Positions 16,903 through 26,308 of a DNA stretch of 64,000 nucleotides are shown here, one piece after another. The DNA comes from a virus. Its lineage: Duplodnaviria > Caudoviricetes. A model generated the notes under the pieces. The model was not told the DNA's origin. It did not search any database and saw nothing but the letters and a program-made list of their open reading frames with translations. Numbering within the stretch: the stretch's first letter is position 1; each line of letters starts with the position of its first letter. Location of the stretch: positions 1-64,000 of the IMG/VR virus record IMGVR_UViG_2529292751_000006. The stretch is one strand, 5' to 3'. A program made the translations under genes and the position numbers.

Positions 16903-18987
16903 TTAGACCGCACAAGATGTGCATTCTTCTACGCTTAGTTTTCTTGTTCTTGTGTAATATAAACTTTTTAATCCTTTTTTGTGAGCATATATATAATAGC
17001 GTGCTAATTCTTTAGTTGAAACATCACTATTAACATATAAGATTGAACTGATCCCCTGGTCAATATGCTCTTGGACCTCTGCAATTAAATCGATTAGCTT
17101 GAATTGGTTAATATCATATGCTGATTTGTAATACCAGAATGTATCTTTAGATAAATATGGCATCGGGTAATATGTCGTTGCATTTGCATATGTTCTTGAC
17201 TCAATGTGATTCACAATAGGCATTACACTGGATGTTGCATTCTGAATATAACTGATCGATTGCGTAGGAGCCAAAGCGAGTCTATAGGCATTAAATAGAC
17301 CATGCTTTTGAACCAGATGTTTAAGTGCTGTCCAATCCTCTTGAGATGGGATAGCAATACCCTCAAACAGGTTTTTAACTTTTTCAGTTTTAGGCTTGTA
17401 ATCTGTTGTTTCGTATTTTGTAAAATACGTACCTTTTGCATATTCAGACTTATTAAAGTCTTTAAAGGTTTCTCCTTTTTCTTTAGCAATGAGCATACTT
17501 TTCTCAATAGAATAATAGTTCATCATCATAAAGAATGTACGGGCAAAGTCTTTCGCTTCTTCGCTTTCATAAGAAATCTTATTCTTAGCAAGGTATCCGT
17601 GTAAATTCATAGCACCTAGTCCAACTGAATGCAACTCATCATTTGCCTTCTTAACTGTTGGAGCATTTTCTATTACAGTCATTTCTGAAACTGAAGTTAA
17701 AGCTTCCATACCAGCGTGTACTGCTTCACGAATTTCTTTATTCTCCATTACGTTTACGATATTTAATGATCCTAAATTACAGTTAATATCACGGCGGATA
17801 ACATCAGGTGTACCATAATCATTTATTTCTGATGTTTCTTGCAGTTGAAAGATTTCCGAACAAAGATTAGACATTTTTACGCTTCCTATATCTTTTAATG
17901 GATGCTGTTCATTTGCATTTGATTTAAACATTAGATACGGATATCCTGATTCTAATTGGATCATGGCAATTTTAATAAGCATGTCACGAGCAGTAATATC
18001 CAGTTGCTTTTTCTTTACATTTGAATTAGCTACCAACTCTTCATACATTTCATCAATATCCATGTCATCCAAATGTTTCCCATACTCTTTATATACAGTG
18101 GATGGAGCAAACACATATAATGGTTTATTTTCTTCTGCTAATTCAAAAAACTTACTTGGCACGATGATACCAATAGATAAAGATTGAATACGATTCTTCT
18201 CATCGGCATTTATTTTCTTGGTTTCGAGATATTCAATAATATCCCAATGGAAAATGTTTAAGTATACTGCGCCGGCACCTTTTCGCTGGCCAAGCTGATT
18301 AGCATATGAAAATGAATCTTCTAATAGCTTCATTACCGGAATAACACCACTAGCAGCATTATCAATTCCTTTGATTTGCTCACCACGTGCACGTAGTTTA
18401 GATAAGTTTAAGGCTACACCTCCACCAATTTTGGACAACTGCATAGCTGTATTGATATTAAAACCAATTGCGTTTAAGCTATCATCTAATTCTAATAAGA
18501 AGCACGAAACCATCTCACCTCTGCGACTTTTACCAGCATTTAAAAAGGTTGGTGTCGCTGGTTGGTAGTTTTGTTTAATCATCATATTAGCTAATGTAAT
18601 AGCTTTCTCTAAATCTCCTCTGCCTAAATACAAGGCAACAATTGCTACACGATCTTCATAGCTTTCTAAATATTGTTTTTGGTCATTTGTTTTTAATGCA
18701 TAATCTTTAAAGAACTTGGATGCTGCCATGTATGATTGGAACTTAAAACCTGCACTATTAATAATTTTGTAGATATGTAAAATTTGCTTCATTGTGTATT
18801 CTTTTAAGACATCATAGTAATAATCATTTTGAATCATATAAGTGATTCTTTCAGGAATACTTTTAAACTGAATTGTTTTACTCTCTGCTTCCTTCATAAA
18901 TGCAACTAAAGCTTCTTGATCCTTTTCTAACTGATAAAAACCATTCTTCTTTTGCGTTATTTCATTATTTAACTCTATATGTTGCAA
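16903..18987 (-). CDS. nrdE: Class Ib ribonucleotide reductase alpha subunit
   Basis: PATPTFLNAG, VSCF, SNLCSEI, CNLGS, APTQSISY, KSLYY, C-terminal CTSC; no ATP cone. Confidence 0.97.
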   Translation of the reverse strand: MQHIELNNEITQKKNGFYQLEKDQEALVAFMKEAESKTIQFKSIPERITYMIQNDYYYDVLKEYTMKQILHIYKIINSAGFKFQSYMAASKFFKDYALKTNDQKQYLESYEDRVAIVALYLGRGDLEKAITLANMMIKQNYQPATPTFLNAGKSRRGEMVSCFLLELDDSLNAIGFNINTAMQLSKIGGGVALNLSKLRARGEQIKGIDNAASGVIPVMKLLEDSFSYANQLGQRKGAGAVYLNIFHWDIIEYLETKKINADEKNRIQSLSIGIIVPSKFFELAEENKPLYVFAPSTVYKEYGKHLDDMDIDEMYEELVANSNVKKKQLDITARDMLIKIAMIQLESGYPYLMFKSNANEQHPLKDIGSVKMSNLCSEIFQLQETSEINDYGTPDVIRRDINCNLGSLNIVNVMENKEIREAVHAGMEALTSVSEMTVIENAPTVKKANDELHSVGLGAMNLHGYLAKNKISYESEEAKDFARTFFMMMNYYSIEKSMLIAKEKGETFKDFNKSEYAKGTYFTKYETTDYKPKTEKVKNLFEGIAIPSQEDWTALKHLVQKHGLFNAYRLALAPTQSISYIQNATSSVMPIVNHIESRTYANATTYYPMPYLSKDTFWYYKSAYDINQFKLIDLIAEVQEHIDQGISSILYVNSDVSTKELARYYIYAHKKGLKSLYYTRTRKLSVEECTSCAV

Positions 18988-19035
18988 TTTAGAGCACCTC
19001 TCTCTTATGTGTATATAATTTATGATTATTTACTT

Positions 19036-19084
19036 TGTAATGCATTTCTTTATTAATTATAGTTTTAGGAACTTCAAAACACAA
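19036..19084 (-). promoter_or_regulatory. SigA-like promoter TTGTGT-17-TATAAT with operator copy 5, upstream of nrdEF
   Basis: -35 at 19079-19084, -10 at 19056-19061, TGTAATGCATTTCT at 19036-19049. Confidence 0.68.
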
Positions 19085-19095
19085 GATACACAAAC

Positions 19096-19131
19096 AAAAA
19101 ATGCTCCCTATACTGTATATAGAGAGCATTT
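19096..19131 (-). terminator. Intrinsic terminator after holin
   Basis: 14-bp stem with one G-U pair on the minus strand, followed by a U-rich tail. Confidence 0.75.
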
Positions 19132-19136
19132 GAGTG

Positions 19137-19382
19137 TTAATCTTTTTTTCTTTTTGCAACCATTGCTTGGAATGATTCAACATGCTCTGGGTTTACAAGC
19201 AGACCGCTAAATGATAATAATGCTAGTAAACTATTTACGGCTCCCATGACTTTTACAACTGTATCTTGTGGTAATTCATATCCTAAGAGTATTGCAAAAG
19301 ATTGAGCAAACACTAGAATTGCTGATGCCATACCACTCCAAAAGACAGTAGTTTTAAGCTTCTTTTTTGTTGTTTCCTTCAT
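19137..19382 (-). CDS. Holin (phi LC3-like)
   Basis: KLKTTVFWSG.., two TM helices, GLLVNP motif and basic C-terminus; RBS GGGAGG. Confidence 0.8.
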   Translation of the reverse strand: MKETTKKKLKTTVFWSGMASAILVFAQSFAILLGYELPQDTVVKVMGAVNSLLALLSFSGLLVNPEHVESFQAMVAKRKKD

Positions 19383-19893
19383 TGTATAATTCCTCCCAAT
19401 TAATATGTACATAAGGCATACGTGCTACTGCAAATGCTTGAGCTAATTCATATTCTGCTGTGCCAGGTTTCGCATCTAATAATGGAGATGCACCTTTATC
19501 ACCATTATGAGCTTCAACAGCTCGCATCATGTTTTCCCATAAGCCTTGTTGAACTTCTTCATTCATTCCTCGATTTTCTAAATAAGTTCGAACCGCTACA
19601 GTATGTAGGCTTTTCATATCATCTTCAAATTCATTGAACATGATATCGCATAATAAAGTTGTTCCTAATAGTGCTTCACGAACAGTACCAACCACTTGAC
19701 GCTGCTCTAAGAAACCACGAAGAATATAGAAAGCTTTCTTTGTATATTCCATTAGTTCTTCATCGTTGTGAAAACTGTCTGGAGCAACTGCTAAAGAATT
19801 GTAGAAGAATGCCTGTAAGCTTGCGTCCTTAATTTGTTCTAGCTCTTTTTTAAAGTAATCTAATGCCTTTGGTTTGTTTGTCATATCTTTCAT
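19354..19893 (-). CDS. Degenerate HD-domain-like protein
   Basis: LLCD at the usual LLHD position; LH and AVEAHNG motifs of HD folds. Confidence 0.55.
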   Translation of the reverse strand: MKDMTNKPKALDYFKKELEQIKDASLQAFFYNSLAVAPDSFHNDEELMEYTKKAFYILRGFLEQRQVVGTVREALLGTTLLCDIMFNEFEDDMKSLHTVAVRTYLENRGMNEEVQQGLWENMMRAVEAHNGDKGASPLLDAKPGTAEYELAQAFAVARMPYVHINWEELYNEGNNKKEA

Positions 19894-20132
19894 CTCCCAT
19901 TGTAATTTCTTTTGTAGCAGTTATAATGAGCGTTATTTTTTACTTCCCATTCATCTGCGTAATTCCCTGTATTTAACTTAGCAGCGGAAAAACTACTTTC
20001 CTTTGAGGGCTGCTTTATATCTTTACCACAATAGCGGCAATATACTGGCTCATTTATAGATTGCATGGTTTGTTGCATGGCTATTTGATGAAAAGTCATG
20101 CCCAACCATGCTGTCTTATTACTTCTTGCCAT
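19890..20132 (-). CDS. Small zinc-finger protein
   Basis: CRYC..HYNC; RBS GAGGGA before ATG 20132. Confidence 0.65.
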   Translation of the reverse strand: MARSNKTAWLGMTFHQIAMQQTMQSINEPVYCRYCGKDIKQPSKESSFSAAKLNTGNYADEWEVKNNAHYNCYKRNYNGR

Positions 20133-20448
20133 GCATATCCCTCTCAATAACCTCAAAGGTTTTAAAGTTAGCATGTTTAATACCATCTATTTCCCCTAAT
20201 CCAGTAAATATTTGAAGCCATGCATATTTACTATCTTTATAAAACTCACACGAATAATTGAGGAACTCTGTCAACGGGTCTAAATCAATATTCCCTTGTT
20301 CATGATTGAAATGTAATTCATTTTCATTAGGAAGAATGATTTTCTCAATATATCCAGTCTTACTATCAGGAGATACGCTTACCCAATATATTTTGATAAC
20401 TTTCTTCTCTTGCTGTGTATCTTCCAAAACTAATTCATTTTTTGTCAT
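20119..20448 (-). CDS. Hypothetical protein
   Basis: RBS AAGGAGG before ATG 20448. Confidence 0.68.
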   Translation of the reverse strand: MTKNELVLEDTQQEKKVIKIYWVSVSPDSKTGYIEKIILPNENELHFNHEQGNIDLDPLTEFLNYSCEFYKDSKYAWLQIFTGLGEIDGIKHANFKTFEVIERDMHGKK

Positions 20449-20785
20449 TAGATGAATCCTCCTTTGATAAAGCCGCAACTACAATATCGCCATCTTCATC
20501 TACTACTAAATCAAGATACAATTCTTTTTTAAATAGTTTTGCTGAGTCATAGTATTCTTTAAGCCCATTATCCTCATGATCAGCAAACCTTTTTTCATTC
20601 TTTTTATCATTGTACTCATACTCAATCTCAGTATAATAAGTTTTTCCAACTGTAGTTGTTCCTATATCAATGACTTTAACGTGACTGAGGCTTTTCATCT
20701 TTGAGAAGTATTCAGCATCCTTAGAGCATCCTGACGTAAGTAACATGCCTACTCCTGTTAAAGCGATTAATAATTTTCTTTTCAT
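20435..20785 (-). CDS. Lipoprotein
   Basis: MKRK, hydrophobic core, lipobox LTSGC. Confidence 0.8.
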   Translation of the reverse strand: MKRKLLIALTGVGMLLTSGCSKDAEYFSKMKSLSHVKVIDIGTTTVGKTYYTEIEYEYNDKKNEKRFADHEDNGLKEYYDSAKLFKKELYLDLVVDEDGDIVVAALSKEDSSNDKK

Positions 20786-20801
20786 GTCATATCACCTGTC
20801 T

Positions 20802-21179
20802 TTAGCAAAGTGTTGAAAGTTTCTCTTTAGATTCATCTGCATCAATGGTTTCACGAGCAATCATCTTTTCAAATATAGGCGGATTATGTATATGCTTCTT
20901 CATACATACACTATCTGTTTTTGCTAACTCGCAATTTTGACATTTTATATGAGACGAATCATAGCTACGGCATTTATAGTCAATTGGACATTCTTCAAAG
21001 TATCTACACTTACCGTAGATACGATGTCTTGGAAGATCAAGCATATTTTCTTTCCCGTAGATATCCCTTTTGTTTGCACGAACACTAACTTCTTTCATGC
21101 GATCTTTTTCATAGTCACTTCGCATTTCTTGCCTTTGCTCATAGCTTTTAAACATGCGCTGCTGTTCGACTGTGGCCAT
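20802..21179 (-). CDS. Cys-rich hypothetical protein
   Basis: 125-aa ORF with several Cys including CQNC. Confidence 0.68.
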   Translation of the reverse strand: MATVEQQRMFKSYEQRQEMRSDYEKDRMKEVSVRANKRDIYGKENMLDLPRHRIYGKCRYFEECPIDYKCRSYDSSHIKCQNCELAKTDSVCMKKHIHNPPIFEKMIARETIDADESKEKLSTLC

Positions 21180-21194
21180 CTTTCATATCCCCTT

Positions 21195-21596
21195 TTATTT
21201 TATAACTGAATCTTCTAGTTCAATCCCTAATTTCAAGCAATCATTCAGTGTTAGGGTGATTTTATTCTCACCTTTATTAATGTTTCCTTTGCCTTTAGAT
21301 CGTTCTTCAATATCTTCTAACTCTTGAAGTTTGCTTTCAATATACGTTTGCGTTTCATCCATTTCGCTTAATTCTTTTTGTTTCTCGCTAAATTCCCCAA
21401 ACAGCTTTACATACTTAGGATTAGCAATACGAGAGTCTGATGCATCATCATAAACTCTCTTAGGAATATCATTCAGTTCCGCATGTAAAGTTTCTAGTTC
21501 TTTTACTTTTTTATTTCGGTTCATTTTAATATCATACAGTTTATCCTGCATCTTTTCTTCTAACTTTTCAAGTGTTAATGATGGTCCAATTAACAT
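21195..21596 (-). CDS. Coiled-coil hypothetical protein
   Basis: E/K-rich heptads; RBS AAGGAGG. Confidence 0.72.
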   Translation of the reverse strand: MLIGPSLTLEKLEEKMQDKLYDIKMNRNKKVKELETLHAELNDIPKRVYDDASDSRIANPKYVKLFGEFSEKQKELSEMDETQTYIESKLQELEDIEERSKGKGNINKGENKITLTLNDCLKLGIELEDSVIK

Positions 21597-21609
21597 TATA
21601 TTCCCTCCT

Positions 21610-21623
21610 TGTAATGCATTACT
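21610..21623. promoter_or_regulatory. Palindromic operator copy 6
   Basis: TGTAATGCATTACT fills the space between the upstream stop and the downstream RBS. Confidence 0.62.
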
Positions 21624-22652
21624 TTATTTATGATACACTATTTTAATAGCATCTACTTTAGATTTAATCCAATTCATAGGATTCTTCTTTTCTTTATCTA
21701 AATCCTCATCAGTTAAACCGTCAGGTAAATTCTTCAGTGTACCTTTAAATATCATTTTAAGTATCTCTGCTTGCGAGTTATACGTAGTATTGATAGTTCT
21801 TCCGTTATAAGAGATGATTAAGTTTCCTTCACCATCACCACTAAGTTTAACAAAGGATTTTGTTGTAAATCCGTTATTAAAGAAATCCTTTTCTGTAATC
21901 TCCTGCTCATATTGGTCAAAAACAACCTCAGATGAACTTCCGTTATGCGCTTTGTACTCCAAGCCATTTTTTAATAGCTTTAATGTCCCTAGTTTATTAA
22001 TTTCAAGAGAGAATACTTCATTCTTATCTTTAATAAATTCAGATGGCGCAATGTTTAATAGGATATCAAATTTTGCATGTTGAGGAATAGGCTCTGCGAA
22101 ATCCTGTGTAAAATCTGATAGGTCATACATTTGAAATTCAGAGTTATACATTCCAGATACTGAAAAGAATCCTTCTGGATAACCAGGTTGTTCAAATTGA
22201 GCATTAACCAGTGTTTGCGTTAATACAGGTGGCACATAGTTCTTTTCTAAGATAGCTAGTGTGTTTGCTTTTAGTTCCGCAGAGAAATCATCATCATGAT
22301 AGATATCCATGCCCATTGGATTCTTATTTGCTGTTGCTGTTATAAGACCTACTGTCACTTTCTGTGATTCATCTTTGTTATTTGTAACAGTAAATATCCA
22401 CTTGCCTTCATTTGCGTAACGAACACGGCTAAAATCAATATCATGTTTTGCTTCACCTTTTGAAGGTGGAGTGAACGAGAATGTTGCAACTTTTAATTCT
22501 TTCTTTTTCTTCTTACCATTCATTACTTCAGAAATTTCAGCAGAAAACATAATATCAATTACACCGGCTGCCTTTTTATTGAACTGTAAGACGGAGAAAT
22601 GACAATTCAATTGGTGTGTCTTTTTCGTATCAAAATAATATGAGAATAACAT
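21624..22652 (-). CDS. Hypothetical beta-rich protein
   Basis: 342-aa ORF with RBS AAGGAAG; no motif recognised. Confidence 0.78.
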   Translation of the reverse strand: MLFSYYFDTKKTHQLNCHFSVLQFNKKAAGVIDIMFSAEISEVMNGKKKKKELKVATFSFTPPSKGEAKHDIDFSRVRYANEGKWIFTVTNNKDESQKVTVGLITATANKNPMGMDIYHDDDFSAELKANTLAILEKNYVPPVLTQTLVNAQFEQPGYPEGFFSVSGMYNSEFQMYDLSDFTQDFAEPIPQHAKFDILLNIAPSEFIKDKNEVFSLEINKLGTLKLLKNGLEYKAHNGSSSEVVFDQYEQEITEKDFFNNGFTTKSFVKLSGDGEGNLIISYNGRTINTTYNSQAEILKMIFKGTLKNLPDGLTDEDLDKEKKNPMNWIKSKVDAIKIVYHK

Positions 22653-23158
22653 TATAGACTTCCTTTCTGTTCTCTTGAAATTGTAAATTGTGAGCTGTCC
22701 TTCCAGCTATCAAGACGAACACCAATTGGAATCTCTGCATGACTATTCTTCTTTAATTTTAGAATCATATTCTCTTTATCTAACACAGTATCTTTATCAA
22801 CACCAATAGCATGAGTAACAAACCCACCAGATTCAATCTCAATAGCGGATAATTCCTCTAAGTGAGGATTCATTTCTATCGTTAGACTATCCATGTCTGT
22901 ATTTAGTTCATTTAAGATTTTTGTAGCTTGCTTTTCAATCTCTTGATCTTTGTTTAAGCGTAATGTAATCTGCTTAATCTTTGATTCTGCGATGCCATTG
23001 TACTCCATTTTACGTTGTAAATCACTTTGGTCAATAACATCTTCTTTTGTTTTTGCTAACTGTGTTTTGTACGCACCTATTAAACTATTTAGACGTAACT
23101 TTTTTTGTATTCCCTCTTGCACATATCTTCTTAAATGATTATTCATTTGTGATGGCAT
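22652..23158 (-). CDS. Hypothetical protein
   Basis: 168-aa ORF; RBS AAGGAG; stop overlaps the next start. Confidence 0.75.
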   Translation of the reverse strand: MPSQMNNHLRRYVQEGIQKKLRLNSLIGAYKTQLAKTKEDVIDQSDLQRKMEYNGIAESKIKQITLRLNKDQEIEKQATKILNELNTDMDSLTIEMNPHLEELSAIEIESGGFVTHAIGVDKDTVLDKENMILKLKKNSHAEIPIGVRLDSWKDSSQFTISREQKGSL

Positions 23159-23172
23159 GTATGGTCACTCCT

Positions 23173-23472
23173 TTATATGGCTTTAATACCTGCCCTTACT
23201 TCTTTGGCGCATTGTCTTCTCTTACGTAATACTTCGGGATCAGTGGCTAAAAAGATTCCTTTTTCATTTAAAGCTTGTCGAGCTCTGCGAATAACTTCCG
23301 TTCCAGTGGCAAATGGAATCCCATGTATATCTTCTACATTATCGATTTTTTGCCAATAGGTTGTACATAACAAGTTATCGCTATTTCTCGTATCAGGAAA
23401 TTTCTCCAATATAAATTTAACTTTATCTTTTGTATGCTTTAAAGCTTTAATATATGAACTTTCCATTTTCAT
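23173..23472 (-). CDS. Small basic phage protein, possibly DNA-binding
   Basis: ILEKFPDTRNSD..L..YW..IRRARQ; basic C-terminus. Confidence 0.7.
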   Translation of the reverse strand: MKMESSYIKALKHTKDKVKFILEKFPDTRNSDNLLCTTYWQKIDNVEDIHGIPFATGTEVIRRARQALNEKGIFLATDPEVLRKRRQCAKEVRAGIKAI

Positions 23473-23480
23473 ATTCCCCT

Positions 23481-24566
23481 TTAACTTTGATAAACTAAAG
23501 AAGCATATCTTCTACAGGACTCTATAGAAGCTTCCATACAAAATGACATGTTTGGCACAAACTCATAGAAGCGAGTACCTTTAAAGGATCCTAATTTGTT
23601 CTTACCAACTTTCATTTCAATAACTGGCATCTTTTCTTCAGTTTCTTCATTGAGCCAGTAAACTTGAGCACCTTCCTCTTTAATACCCACTTCGTTGTAC
23701 AAGAGAGCAATAAAGTTTGCTTCATATTCCAATCGGTTATTTTCTTTTAAGTCTTCTGTTCCTGGTCTGCGATTACCACCTAGCTTTCTTAAATGAGCTG
23801 TACAGAAAATCGCAACATCATAAGTTACACACCATTGTTTAACTGTTTTTGCTACATATTCATATAACGCTTTGTCTTGTAATTGTTTAGATTCTACAGT
23901 TAAGTCATAAATACTATCAATCATGATTACTAATTTCTTATCTGGAAATGCCATCTTTAAGTCTTGGATTCTTTTTTCTATGACTTCTACACTTGTTCCT
24001 TCAGTAGAATCCCATAAAGAAAACTGACTAGCATTTCTATACATGTATTTAATGCCCTCGTTACGCTTTTCTATAACTTCTGGATTATCCATGTATCTTG
24101 AAGGATTTTTAGCCTGTGAAATTGTAATCTGTTGCTTACAAGCAATATATCTTGGCGTCAGCTCATTTGAACTATCATCCAGAGAATGATAGGCTACGTG
24201 AGCATTTTCATTTAAATCAGCAATATCTTGTCCTAGTTGTAATAGCCATGCAGATTTACCTACGTTTGGTTGTGCGGCTATTAAGTACATTCCAGTTTGT
24301 ACGCCACCCTCAATCGCTTCATTAAACAATGGGAAGTTTGTAACAAGTCCACCTCGGGCATCACGATTCCACGAGTAATCATCCACATCTTGAACAGTCT
24401 TTAACATTTTCTGCTCAATAGGATTCATTGGTCGATTGAAAATCTTATCAGGATTAGCTAGGCGGACTTTTAAAGGATTGCCTATGTCGGTTGTAAATAT
24501 TTCCTCGTCTTGATTCATTGTTGCTTCAATATTATTATAAACTTCTTGGAAATTAATAGTTGTCAT
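23481..24566 (-). CDS. DnaB-like (SF4) replicative helicase
   Basis: Walker A AQPNVGKS, SLDD, Walker B MIDS, AHLRK, DLKE..LEYEAN, GKNK; RBS AAGGAG before ATG 24566. Confidence 0.88.
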   Translation of the reverse strand: MTTINFQEVYNNIEATMNQDEEIFTTDIGNPLKVRLANPDKIFNRPMNPIEQKMLKTVQDVDDYSWNRDARGGLVTNFPLFNEAIEGGVQTGMYLIAAQPNVGKSAWLLQLGQDIADLNENAHVAYHSLDDSSNELTPRYIACKQQITISQAKNPSRYMDNPEVIEKRNEGIKYMYRNASQFSLWDSTEGTSVEVIEKRIQDLKMAFPDKKLVIMIDSIYDLTVESKQLQDKALYEYVAKTVKQWCVTYDVAIFCTAHLRKLGGNRRPGTEDLKENNRLEYEANFIALLYNEVGIKEEGAQVYWLNEETEEKMPVIEMKVGKNKLGSFKGTRFYEFVPNMSFCMEASIESCRRYASLVYQS

Positions 24567-24592
24567 ATATGGTGCTCCTTTCACTCTTTCCC

Positions 24593-24773
24593 TGCACAAA
24601 ATTTATGAAAATAGTAAATATAAAATACAAAGTACAAAATAGTTTCATAAATTTTGTGCAAGAAAGAAGACGGTTCTTTCTTGCTATATAATCCACCTGG
24701 AAGTTGGGGTGGTATGCGAGTCCACCCCTTCCTAAAACCCATAAGTTTCACGAAGGGAAGGACTCTATCCCTT
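24593..24773 (-). other. Four-hairpin structured intergenic element (candidate cis-regulatory RNA or origin)
   Basis: Inverted repeats at 24753-24773, 24699-24732, 24658-24684, plus perfect 18-bp arms at 24593-24610 and 24643-24660. Confidence 0.6.
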
Positions 24774-24774
24774 A

Positions 24775-25014
24775 TTAGTAGTAAGTAATTAAAACTTCTC
24801 TTGGGTTTGCTAGGGTCAATGGCATTATGCACTCATCGAACCATTTCTTTTCTTTTTTATTCATATTCTTTGGAGCAAGTATTCTATCTACTTTTTCTCC
24901 ACAAATGGATTGTTCAGTTTCATTAAGCTTTATAATTGAAATCTTTTCAAATCTAGTAGATATTTCTTTTTTAAATTCTTTTGCAATGATTAAGATCTTC
25001 TTCTTGTTGTACAT
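24775..25014 (-). CDS. Small basic hypothetical protein
   Basis: 79-aa ORF with RBS GAGGT. Confidence 0.6.
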   Translation of the reverse strand: MYNKKKILIIAKEFKKEISTRFEKISIIKLNETEQSICGEKVDRILAPKNMNKKEKKWFDECIMPLTLANPREVLITYY

Positions 25015-25211
25015 TTCTGCTTACCTCTTCTTTTTCTTGTTTTATAGCTTCTTTCTTCTGCATATATACAAGCGCCCATTATGATAATAAGCACAATAAT
25101 AAAGGCTATTTGCTGCATGTATTTAGGCTGATCATTTGTACATCTATAAATAATGATTGCAATTATAAAACCATAGATACAGTCAGCAAACTCACCGAAT
25201 GATTTTCTCAC
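24990..25211 (-). CDS. Small membrane protein (2 TM)
   Basis: Two hydrophobic helices, basic tail; RBS AAGGAG; GTGA overlap with the primase stop. Confidence 0.62.
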   Translation of the reverse strand: MRKSFGEFADCIYGFIIAIIIYRCTNDQPKYMQQIAFIIVLIIIMGACIYAEERSYKTRKRRGKQKCTTRRRS

Positions 25212-26308
25212 TTTGTGATCTCCTTATTAAATAAAGGACACTTTTCTTTATCGCAGACACCGCTTACTCGTTTAAATGTATCGCATCCGTATTTATATTG
25301 ACCGTTGTATACGGAGTTAACAATGATTTCAATTTCATTCGCTTTTAATGGTGGTGAGCATCGTTCTTCACCCCATTTCTGCATACGTGCTACAGTTTCT
25401 TCTCTTGGGACTTGTTGTTGCATATAGAAGCTTGCTAATGCAGTAGCACTGTTATTTCGTTCATCTACAGTTTCTTTAAATAACTTTTCACTCATTGCCT
25501 TAATACATGGTGGCTCTCTTTTTATCTTTCTAATCTTTCCAGTAAACTCTGTTCGCTTATTTACTTTTTGAGTCCACTCTTCAATATGCTTTTTAATTAC
25601 TAATCTTGCACGTTGTGAAGCAAGTGGTTGCTCCATTTTTATCTGCCTTGGAGACTGAGCGAGCTGTAATAGTTCTGCATGACTTAACCTATTAAACTCA
25701 TCACTAGAAATAGGAATCTTATAAGCTTTCCCTTTTATATTCCAAGAGTTAGTCATTCGAAACATACGCTTATCATCATATACTTTTGTATCAAGCGTAT
25801 TGTTTTTACAGTAGCTTTTAATATCTTCAGCAATTTGCTTATAAATTTGATTAAGAGCCACATGAGGGTCTAACCCTAATGTAATAGCAGGAATGATTAA
25901 ATGAATACCTTTGTTTCCAGAAAAATAAAATTGAACCTGTTTCATATCAACTTGCATAATAACCGTTATATATCTTAGTGCTACCTTTACATCTTCTTTT
26001 AATTTTATATAATCTTGTTCACTTTCAATTACAGTATCAAAATCAAGGTAAAAATCTCCCCATTTTAAGCTATCGCTTGCATTTATAATCCATTTTCCTT
26101 TTTCATTCTGAAACCAAATCGGATTAATGTATTGCATTACAGTTTGATAGACACCTTGATTCTTATAATGCTCCCTGAACTGCCAAGTGTTTTCAGGGAA
26201 CATGAAATGTTTTCTTGTAAACGGATATTTTTCTGTTTCTAAATCAGCACCACATTCGACCCATAAAGTAACATTAGTGGAAGCTTGCTGTATTGCTGTC
26301 TGTTGCAT
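25208..26308 (-). CDS. Archaeo-eukaryotic-type primase with PriCT-like C-terminal domain
   Basis: YLDFD, FSGNKGIH, LDTKVYD..RMFR; PPCI, RNN, CSPPL..EI..IVNS and terminal Cys cluster. Confidence 0.85.
   Translation of the reverse strand: MQQTAIQQASTNVTLWVECGADLETEKYPFTRKHFMFPENTWQFREHYKNQGVYQTVMQYINPIWFQNEKGKWIINASDSLKWGDFYLDFDTVIESEQDYIKLKEDVKVALRYITVIMQVDMKQVQFYFSGNKGIHLIIPAITLGLDPHVALNQIYKQIAEDIKSYCKNNTLDTKVYDDKRMFRMTNSWNIKGKAYKIPISSDEFNRLSHAELLQLAQSPRQIKMEQPLASQRARLVIKKHIEEWTQKVNKRTEFTGKIRKIKREPPCIKAMSEKLFKETVDERNNSATALASFYMQQQVPREETVARMQKWGEERCSPPLKANEIEIIVNSVYNGQYKYGCDTFKRVSGVCDKEKCPLFNKEITK

Noticed and set aside
4445-18987. Inteins or group I introns in dnaE, nrdE or nrdF
   Set aside because: ORFs are continuous, NrdE/F are normal length, and the DnaE insertions lack intein C/S...HN ends and homing-endonuclease motifs
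18989-19183. 64-aa ORF as nrdI or nrdH
   Set aside because: No flavodoxin or glutaredoxin-like sequence; it overlaps the holin end, a terminator and the nrdE promoter
24581-24832. 83-aa minus-strand ORF across the hairpin region
   Set aside because: No RBS, atypical composition, overlaps both neighbours; the region is better explained by secondary structure
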